Positions 57,084 to 64,000 of a stretch of 64,000 bases of DNA are shown here, one piece after another. The notes under the pieces are model-generated. The model saw only the letters and a list, made by a program, of their open reading frames with translations, was not told the origin of the DNA and did no database searches. Position 1 is the stretch's first letter, and the number at the start of each line of letters is the position of its first letter. Where the stretch lies: contig DASWMI010000168.1 in assembly GCA_036399835.1 (NCBI GenBank), positions 15,008 to 79,007 on the forward strand, given 5' to 3'. The position numbers and the translations under genes are program-made. This DNA is from Pyrinomonadaceae bacterium. Lineage in GTDB: Bacteria > Acidobacteriota > Blastocatellia > Pyrinomonadales > Pyrinomonadaceae.

Positions 57084-58985
57084 ATGGACGTGAATCATCT
57101 TAAAAAAATCTTGCGCGGCCTCTTGCTGGTCGGTCTCTTATTTTCCTCGAGGTCGCTGTGCCCGGCCCAGGACAATCCGGCTGTGCTCAAGGTCGAGCCG
57201 CCGAGCTGGTGGGCCAGGCATTCGATTAATCCTGTGCGCGTCATGATTCGCGGGCGCAACCTGAGCGGCGCGCGTGTAGAGGCGGTCGGCGAGGGAATCA
57301 GGACCGGCCTCGTGCGCATCAACGCCGCTGGCAGTTATCTCTTCGTTGACGTACGGATTGAGCCGCAGGCCAAACCGGGCGGGCGCGCTCTGCGCATCAC
57401 GACCGCCGGAGGGATGACGGATGCGCCTTTTGAAATCAACGCGCCCTTGCCGCGCGCGGGTCGCTTTCAGGGCTTCTCCACGGATGATGTCATCTACCTG
57501 ATTATGCCGGATCGTTTTAGCGACGGCGACCCCGCCAATAACGACCCGCCGAAATCGCGCGGCATCTACGACCGCAATAATAAGTTCTATTATCACGGCG
57601 GAGATTTTCGCGGCATCATCAATCATCTGCCTTATCTCAAAGACCTCGGCGTGACGGCCATCTGGCTCACTCCCTGGTACGACAACCACGACCGTCCCAA
57701 CGAGATTGAGCTAAAAGAAGGGAGGCCGAGCACGGGTTTTCACGGCTATAACCCCGTGGACTTCTACGGAGTAGAGGAGCATTTCGGCAGCCTGCAAACT
57801 TTGCGCGAGCTGGTGGATGAAGCGCACAAGGCAGGCATCAAGGTGATTCAAGATAGCGTCATGAATCACACTGGTCCACATCACGCCTGGGTGTCTGACC
57901 AGCCGACGCCAACCTGGTTCAACGGGACGAGAGAACATCACCTGGCGAATGTCTTCGAGACATGGGTACTGCACGACCCGCGCGCCGAAAGCCTCATCAA
58001 GCGCGAGACGATGGAAGGCTGGTTCTTGGACTTTCTGCCCGACCTCAACCAGACGGATGAAGAGACCGCGCGTTATCTGGTCCAGAATACGCTCTGGTGG
58101 ATAGGCATCACCGGCCTCGACGGGATACGCGAGGATACCTGGCAATATGTCCCCAACAGTTTCTGGCGCGACTGGATGGCGGCCATCAAGCGAGAGTATC
58201 CGAGCTTTCGTGTTTTCGGCGAAGTCAAAGACGGCGATGTGGTCCACGTCTCATTCTTTCAGGGAGGGCGCGTGCGCTTTGACGGTGTGGATTCCGGTCT
58301 CGATTCGCTGCTGGATTTCCCGCTCTTTTATAGCTTGCGCCATGCCTTCGCGGAAGGCCGGAGCCTCAAGCAAGTGCCGCAGACGCTCGCCAGAGATTAT
58401 CTCTATACCAATCCGGATATTCTGGTAACGCTGGTCGGCGGGCACGACGACAAACGCTTTATGAGCGAGCCGGGCGCGACCCCGGCAGGCTCTAAGCTGG
58501 CGCACACGCTGATGCTAACGACGCGCGGCGTGCCGCAGCTTTACTATGGCGACGAGATTGCCATGACGGGCGAGGATGAGCCGACGACGCGCAGGGATTT
58601 TCCCGGAGGCTTTCCGGGTGATGCGCGCAACGCCTTTACCAAAGCCGGACGCACGCCCGAAGAACAAAGCCTCTTCGAGCACATACGAAAGCTTGCGCGC
58701 CTGCACGCAGAGCTTGAGCCTTTAAGACGCGGCCAGCTCGTCAATCTGCATGTCACCGAACAGCAATATGCCTATGCGCGAACGACTGCGCGCTCCGCTG
58801 TCATCGTCATTATCAATAATGAGACGAAACCCGCGAGCCTTGCCTTCGACATTGGACCAGCCGGACTGGCGGACGGCGCGACGCTCACGGACCGGCTCGA
58901 AGTGCTTAAAGAGACGCGGATTGAGAACGGCAGGCTGAGAGTGGAGATGCCAGCGCGTTCGGCAAGTATTCTGACGGTCAAATGA
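57084..58985 (+). CDS. GH13 alpha-amylase-family hydrolase, paralog of 53401..55332
   Basis: Same domain order and motifs (LKVEPPSWWARH, DRFSDGD, HGGDFRG, VIQDSVMNH). Confidence 0.9.
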   Translation: MDVNHLKKILRGLLLVGLLFSSRSLCPAQDNPAVLKVEPPSWWARHSINPVRVMIRGRNLSGARVEAVGEGIRTGLVRINAAGSYLFVDVRIEPQAKPGGRALRITTAGGMTDAPFEINAPLPRAGRFQGFSTDDVIYLIMPDRFSDGDPANNDPPKSRGIYDRNNKFYYHGGDFRGIINHLPYLKDLGVTAIWLTPWYDNHDRPNEIELKEGRPSTGFHGYNPVDFYGVEEHFGSLQTLRELVDEAHKAGIKVIQDSVMNHTGPHHAWVSDQPTPTWFNGTREHHLANVFETWVLHDPRAESLIKRETMEGWFLDFLPDLNQTDEETARYLVQNTLWWIGITGLDGIREDTWQYVPNSFWRDWMAAIKREYPSFRVFGEVKDGDVVHVSFFQGGRVRFDGVDSGLDSLLDFPLFYSLRHAFAEGRSLKQVPQTLARDYLYTNPDILVTLVGGHDDKRFMSEPGATPAGSKLAHTLMLTTRGVPQLYYGDEIAMTGEDEPTTRRDFPGGFPGDARNAFTKAGRTPEEQSLFEHIRKLARLHAELEPLRRGQLVNLHVTEQQYAYARTTARSAVIVIINNETKPASLAFDIGPAGLADGATLTDRLEVLKETRIENGRLRVEMPARSASILTVK

Positions 58986-59058
58986 TAGTTCAAGGGGCTG
59001 TCTTTCAAGCTTCGTCTGATTTCATCGCTTTTGTCCGCACCGCTTCAAGGAGGTGGTC

Positions 59059-60492
59059 ATGCAGAAACCACGTTTGAGCTTCTGGCAAATCTGGAACATG
59101 AGCTTTGGCTTTCTGGGGATACAGTTTGGCTGGGGCTTGCAGCTCGCCAACATGAGCGGCATTTATACTTACCTCGGCGCCAGGCCCGAAGAAGTGCCGA
59201 TTCTCTGGCTCGCAGGGCCTGTCACGGGATTGCTGGTCCAGCCCATCATCGGCTCGATGAGCGACCGCACCTGGAATCGCCTGGGCCGCCGCCGTCCATA
59301 CTTTCTGGTTGGCGCCATCCTCTCCAGCATCGCGCTCTTTTTTATGCCGGATTCACCTGCGCTCTGGGTCGCGGCGGGCCTGCTCTGGATTCTGGACGCG
59401 AGCATCAACGTGAGCATGGAGCCTTTCCGAGCTTTCGTCGCTGACAAGCTCAACGTGGACCAGCGCACGGCTGGCTTTGTCATGCAGAGCTTCTTCATAG
59501 GCATCGGGCAGACGCTCGCCAATGCTTTGCCGTACATTTTCAGAAGGGCGGGGGTGGACGAGCGCAGCGTCGCCGCAGCCGAGCGAGCCGTCAACACAAT
59601 TCCTCCGAGCGTCAATTATTCTTTCAAGATAGGGGCGGTGGCCTTTCTGCTCTGTGTGCTCTGGACCGTCTTGACGACCAAGGAATACCCGCCGGAGGAC
59701 ATGGAGGATTTTGAGAGGCGGCGGCGCGAGCATAAAGGGATTGTCGCCGGGTTGCGCGAGATATTCTCGGCCATACGGGAGATGCCTGTGACGATGAAGC
59801 AGCTCGCAGTGGTCCAGTTTTTTACCTGGCTCGGCCTCTTCTGTATGTGGATGTTCTTCGGGCTGATGACCTCTTATCACGTCTTTGGCGCGCAGAGCGA
59901 GCGGGATGCGGCCTTTCGAGACGGGCAGGCGTGGGGCGGCATCTCCTTCGCCGTTTACTCAATCGTCTGCTTTGCCATAGCCTTCGTGCTGCCCGCGCTT
60001 GCCAAACGGACGAGCCGCAAAACGGTGCATGCCATCTCGCTCGTCTGCGGCGGTCTGGGCCTGCTCTCCGTCTATGTGATACATGATAAGTACGGGCTAC
60101 TGCTGGCGATGGTTGGCGTAGGGATAGCGTGGGCATCGATTCTCTCTATGCCTTACGCGATTCTTTCTGGCGCGCTGCCCGCCGCGCGGATGGGTCTCTA
60201 CATGGGAGTCTTCAATTTCTTCATAGTCATCCCGGAGATCATCGCATCCTTTACTTTTGGTCCAGCGATTCGCCTGCTCTTCGGCAGGGACAACCCGAAT
60301 GCGCCGCTCTATGTCGTGATGGCTGGCGGCGCATTTATGCTGCTGGCGGCGGCTTGTGTGGCGATAGTCCGAGATGTCGCGGACAGGCCAGTGCCCGAAC
60401 GGGATGTCATCAGGGCAGACATGCACGAGCCGCTCATCACGCAGCAGTCGGCACAGCCCGTGCCGAGCACAGGGCTGATTGACAAGGAATAA
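59059..60492 (+). CDS. MFS transporter, SLC45/GPH-like sugar:cation symporter
   Basis: 12-TM layout. [17 protein letters not shown] motif typical of SLC45/sucrose-type carriers. AAGGAGG lies before ATG 59059. Confidence 0.9.
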   Translation: MQKPRLSFWQIWNMSFGFLGIQFGWGLQLANMSGIYTYLGARPEEVPILWLAGPVTGLLVQPIIGSMSDRTWNRLGRRRPYFLVGAILSSIALFFMPDSPALWVAAGLLWILDASINVSMEPFRAFVADKLNVDQRTAGFVMQSFFIGIGQTLANALPYIFRRAGVDERSVAAAERAVNTIPPSVNYSFKIGAVAFLLCVLWTVLTTKEYPPEDMEDFERRRREHKGIVAGLREIFSAIREMPVTMKQLAVVQFFTWLGLFCMWMFFGLMTSYHVFGAQSERDAAFRDGQAWGGISFAVYSIVCFAIAFVLPALAKRTSRKTVHAISLVCGGLGLLSVYVIHDKYGLLLAMVGVGIAWASILSMPYAILSGALPAARMGLYMGVFNFFIVIPEIIASFTFGPAIRLLFGRDNPNAPLYVVMAGGAFMLLAAACVAIVRDVADRPVPERDVIRADMHEPLITQQSAQPVPSTGLIDKE

Positions 60493-60495
60493 CGG

Positions 60496-61998
60496 ATGGG
60501 CAAGAGCGAGCAAATGTCTCTCAGCTTAACGGCGGACGCTCAGACGAGCGTGCGCCCGCGCATCCTGAGTTTCGCGCGAAGGAGTTTGTGCGCGGCCTGG
60601 CTCGCCTGTGTGGCTCTCGTCTCATCGAGCGCGGCGGCGCAGCAGAATCAGGCGCGAGATTTTTCTAAAGAGACGGCGCGGCAGAGTCCGGCGTGGGTGC
60701 GCGACGGCGTAATCTATGAGATTTTCGAGCGCAGCTTCTCGGAGCAGGGCGGCTTTAAAGGCATCACCGCGCAGCTTGAACGCTTGGATAAACTGGGAGT
60801 CAATATTCTGTGGCTGATGCCCTTGCATCCCATCAGCCGGTTAAAGAGGAAGGGCACGCTCGGCAGTCCTTACGCGGCGCAGGATTACTACGCCGTCAAT
60901 CCTGCCTACGGAACAAAGGAAGACCTACGGCAACTGGTCCGCGAAGCGCATTGCCGCAGGATGAAAGTCATCATAGACATCGTGGCGAATCACACGGGCT
61001 GGGACAGCGTGATGATGAAGACCCCCGAGTTTTACACGCACGACCCGAAGACCGGGCAGATACTCCCGCCCGTCGCTGACTGGGCCGATGTCGCGGACCT
61101 CAATTACGACAACCCGCAACTTCGCCAGTACATGAAGGAGATGCTCAAATTCTGGCTGCGCGAGTTCGACCTTGACGGGTTTCGTTGCGATGTCGCGGGG
61201 ATGGTCCCGACCGATTTCTGGGAAGAGGCGCGCGTCGAATTGGAGAAGATTAAGCCGGACATCCTGATGCTGGCCGAATGGCACGAGCCTGAGCTGCTCT
61301 TGAGGGCTTTCGATCTGGACTACTCCTGGCCGCTTCATTCGGCGCTGACCGATGTCTTGATGGGCAACGCGCACGCGACCAAGTTAAGAAAGGTCTGGGA
61401 AGAGGAGCGCGCAAAGTTTCCGCGCGGCGCGCTGCACATGCGCTTTTCGGATAATCACGATGAGAGGCGTGCTATCGCGCGATTTGGCGAGCGAGGCGCG
61501 CTGGCGGCCTCCGCCTTCGTCTTGACGATAGACGGCGTGCCGATGCTCTACAACGGGATGGAGGTCGGCGATACGGCTGAATCCGGCGCGCCCGCGCTCT
61601 TCGAGAAGCTTCCCATACTCTGGCAGATTGCCGAGCGTCGTCCGGAATTCCCGCGCTTTTATCAACAGCTCATCGCGCTCCGGCGCGCACACGAAGCCTT
61701 GCGCAGAGGCGAGCTGGAATGGCTTCACAACGAAGACGAACCTCGCCTGGCTACTTACCTGCGGCGCGCGGGCAATGAGGAAATGCTGGTCGCCGTCAAC
61801 TTCTCCAACCGTCCCTTCAGAGGCTTTGTCGAAGTCGGCAACGCAGGGAATTTTATAGAGGTCACGCCGGAGCTTGCGCCGCCGCTTCCGCCGGATGCGC
61901 CCGCGCCCGCCCGCACAATGCGTGCGCGACCCGTCGGCCTGCCCGCGCTCGCCCTCGATGCCTGGGGCTTTCGCATCTTTCGGCGCGAGTTGAAGTGA
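60496..61998 (+). CDS. GH13 alpha-amylase-family hydrolase
   Basis: VIYEIFERSF, DIVANHTG, DGFRCDVAGMVP, AEWHE, FSDNHDE conserved regions. Confidence 0.9.
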   Translation: MGKSEQMSLSLTADAQTSVRPRILSFARRSLCAAWLACVALVSSSAAAQQNQARDFSKETARQSPAWVRDGVIYEIFERSFSEQGGFKGITAQLERLDKLGVNILWLMPLHPISRLKRKGTLGSPYAAQDYYAVNPAYGTKEDLRQLVREAHCRRMKVIIDIVANHTGWDSVMMKTPEFYTHDPKTGQILPPVADWADVADLNYDNPQLRQYMKEMLKFWLREFDLDGFRCDVAGMVPTDFWEEARVELEKIKPDILMLAEWHEPELLLRAFDLDYSWPLHSALTDVLMGNAHATKLRKVWEEERAKFPRGALHMRFSDNHDERRAIARFGERGALAASAFVLTIDGVPMLYNGMEVGDTAESGAPALFEKLPILWQIAERRPEFPRFYQQLIALRRAHEALRRGELEWLHNEDEPRLATYLRRAGNEEMLVAVNFSNRPFRGFVEVGNAGNFIEVTPELAPPLPPDAPAPARTMRARPVGLPALALDAWGFRIFRRELK

Positions 61999-62156
61999 GA
62001 CGGGAGCTAAAACGTCTCTCAATTTAGAAGGCGCGAAGCCAGAGCCGTGCGCCGCTTAGCTGGAGAAAAGTTGATGAAAATCAGCATGCACATCTACCGG
62101 CCATAAACCGGCACTGGCCGACTTTATCCACGCTGGTCCATTCTTTGCCGTCTCTC

Positions 62157-62525
62157 TTACTTGAGCGTCCTCACGGTCTCGACCTTGACGGTCTTGCTTG
62201 AAGCATTCAACTGTCCCGTGATTTTAACGTGACGGCCTTCCTGTCCCTTGAGGGCTTCAGGGTTTTCGACTATCCAGATTCGCTTGTCCCTGTCGGCGAC
62301 GAAGACCATCCTCTGCGGTTTCCATTCGGGATGTCCGATGTCCGCGCCTCCTCTCAGGCATTTTCTGACGCAATCCTCGCGGCCAGCCTTGGTGTGCTCG
62401 GCCCCGCAGGATTCGTCGCTGACCCAGCCGTTCATGCTGAAGGGTTTGCTCGCGGCAGCGGCGGCTGCCATCAAGATACTGGCGATAAGGAGTGGACCAG
62501 CTATCAAGAGAATCGTTTTTCTCAT
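62157..62525 (-). CDS. small secreted Cys-containing hypothetical protein
   Basis: Signal peptide MRKTILLIAGPLLIASILMAAAAA, and four Cys in the mature part. Confidence 0.65.
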   Translation of the reverse strand: MRKTILLIAGPLLIASILMAAAAAASKPFSMNGWVSDESCGAEHTKAGREDCVRKCLRGGADIGHPEWKPQRMVFVADRDKRIWIVENPEALKGQEGRHVKITGQLNASSKTVKVETVRTLK

Positions 62526-62594
62526 GGTATCACCTCGGCCTGACTTTGCTTGGTCGGCCCGAATTGCTTGTGGTGCGCGAAAGCAAATCTCAAA

Positions 62595-63170
62595 TTATTC
62601 GCGCTTGCTCTTGAGCACGGGTGTTGGCCGCAGGCAGGTGCTCTGTGCCCGGCCCCAACTATATGGGAGCACTTCTATACTGAGCAGCCTGTGGCCGCCC
62701 TTAGTGTGATAGACGCGATGCGGTTGGCCTTCAATCAGGACTTCATAAGCCGCCTTCGGGACTTTAATCATATCGCCGTCTTCAAATTTATAGAAATAAG
62801 TATTCTGGCTCGCAGCCGAGGACGACCCGATCATCTCTCTGACCGGAACGCCTTCGATTTGATAAATAACAAAACCTTCGCTCGCCGTTTTGCGCCAGTT
62901 ATAGATGACAAAGGCTGTGAGCGCCAGAGGTATCAGCCCGATTATTAGATAAGGCCAGTTGTCCGCGAGCGAGGCCAGCCCCGCGATGATAAAAATCAAA
63001 CCGATGACGCCGCCCGCAACGGCGCATCCCAAAAAGCTGCGCTGCCACTGCGATTTCTGCCGCTCGCTCAATCTGCCTTCGCGGTTCTCATTCAAGTCGT
63101 CCATCGTAAACTCGCCCGCGACGGTCAACTCCTGTTGATACTGCTGCTCAAGCTCGCTCAGCTCATTCAT
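62595..63170 (-). CDS. hypothetical membrane protein (two TM helices)
   Basis: ORF with central hydrophobic hairpin (GCAVAGGVIGLIFIIAGL...YLIIGLIPLALTAFVIY). Confidence 0.6.
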   Translation of the reverse strand: MNELSELEQQYQQELTVAGEFTMDDLNENREGRLSERQKSQWQRSFLGCAVAGGVIGLIFIIAGLASLADNWPYLIIGLIPLALTAFVIYNWRKTASEGFVIYQIEGVPVREMIGSSSAASQNTYFYKFEDGDMIKVPKAAYEVLIEGQPHRVYHTKGGHRLLSIEVLPYSWGRAQSTCLRPTPVLKSKRE

Positions 63171-63328
63171 GATTGATTCTCCTTCGTCAAACAGAAAAGC
63201 CTTCTCCCGTCTAAACGTCAGTTCGTCAATATCATCCTACGCGACTGTCAAGCAACATCAAGCCATTTTCCCTGCTTCTTTTCCGGTGGCTGCTGGTGGT
63301 TGGTCCTGAAATCTGTTTTAACTATATC

Positions 63329-64000
63329 TTATCCCTTCGCCCGAGGTCTCTTTGATTGTTTGCCTTTGCTCTCGCGTCGCAGTCCTACGAGTTGCATGGC
63401 CCTGGGAATCTCGCTGTTACGCATAAACCAGCGCCAGACGTTGCCGCTGCGCAGGTTCTCCGCGCTCAACAGTGTGATGCCGAGGTCTATGCCGATGACA
63501 TCGGGGTTAACCCAGCCGTTGTTGGGATTGAAGGCGTCGGCGAATCCATAGCGCCCGTAGATGCGCCCGCCAAACTTTTCCCGCATCGTGCGCAGCGCCG
63601 CGAGCGAGATGTCCGGCGTAAACATCAGAGAGCCTGCGGAGGCACAGGGGACGACCGTCCCGTCAATGGCGGGGTCGCGCGGCGGGCCGCCCCAGGCCAC
63701 GTATCCTTTAGCACTATCCGAAGCCGTGATGCCCCAGACGTTTTCCGTGTAGCCCGGAAACTCTTTCCCCAACTCGATACAAAAGGCCCTGTGCGCGCGC
63801 GTCGCGGCAACGGAGTTGGCGAAGTAGTCTATACGTTGGCCCTGCTCTTCGCGACGTCCGCGAAAGTCAACCCAGGCGTGCGCGTACTGGTGCATAAAGA
63901 GCGGGACACCAATGGTCGTGAAATACTGCTGGCCGCCGTAGGTGTAAGCATCACGCCGTAGAGCTTGCCAGGCGCGCGGCTCTATGGCGTGAGTGTGCGA
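63329..64000 (-). CDS. glucoamylase-family / GH144-like (beta-1,2-glucanase-like) protein, 5' end beyond window
   Basis: MHQYAHAWVDFRG...GITASD...YGRYGFADAFNP resembles Pfam Glycoamylase / GH144. The reverse frame stays open from 63895 to 64000. Confidence 0.8.
   Translation of the reverse strand, partial: SHTHAIEPRAWQALRRDAYTYGGQQYFTTIGVPLFMHQYAHAWVDFRGRREEQGQRIDYFANSVAATRAHRAFCIELGKEFPGYTENVWGITASDSAKGYVAWGGPPRDPAIDGTVVPCASAGSLMFTPDISLAALRTMREKFGGRIYGRYGFADAFNPNNGWVNPDVIGIDLGITLLSAENLRSGNVWRWFMRNSEIPRAMQLVGLRRESKGKQSKRPRAKG

Overview
GC-rich (roughly 60% by eye) bacterial chromosomal segment. The gene content looks like Acidobacteriota; that is an inference from CarboxypepD_reg-type TonB-dependent receptors, many CRTAC1/ASPIC-UnbV FG-GAP proteins and TPR proteins. 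I support about 50 protein genes. 1-22.8 kb holds housekeeping and envelope genes: DinB-like, 7Fe ferredoxin, PrsW protease, SDR, Wza-like exporter, DUF1003, an APC-like transporter, purD, PspA/IM30, an S9 peptidase and LysR. 22.9-46.2 kb is an island of six FG-GAP/ASPIC-UnbV paralogs, two of them giant TPR fusions. Embedded in it are an RnfD/NqrB-like membrane protein, a NitT/TauT-type ABC transporter, an alpha/beta hydrolase, a GT-C-like membrane protein, a CN-hydrolase and a squalene/phytoene-synthase-like protein. 46.6-62 kb holds a TonB-dependent receptor, two TPR proteins and an alpha-glucan locus (three GH13 genes, malQ, an SLC45-like MFS transporter). A partial GH144/glucoamylase-like gene lies at the right edge. 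I found no rRNA, tRNA, CRISPR array, transposase or integrase. The most unusual signal is at DNA level: the palindromic heptamer TGGWCCA occurs about 80 times, roughly ten-fold over a crude expectation, in all reading frames. It repeatedly forces rare GGA/GGT-CCA codons for Gly-Pro. Other points of interest are an in-frame TGA in the ABC substrate-binding gene, a promoter-plus-terminator small-RNA candidate, a dispersed hairpin repeat, and gene-conversion tracts between two GH13 paralogs.
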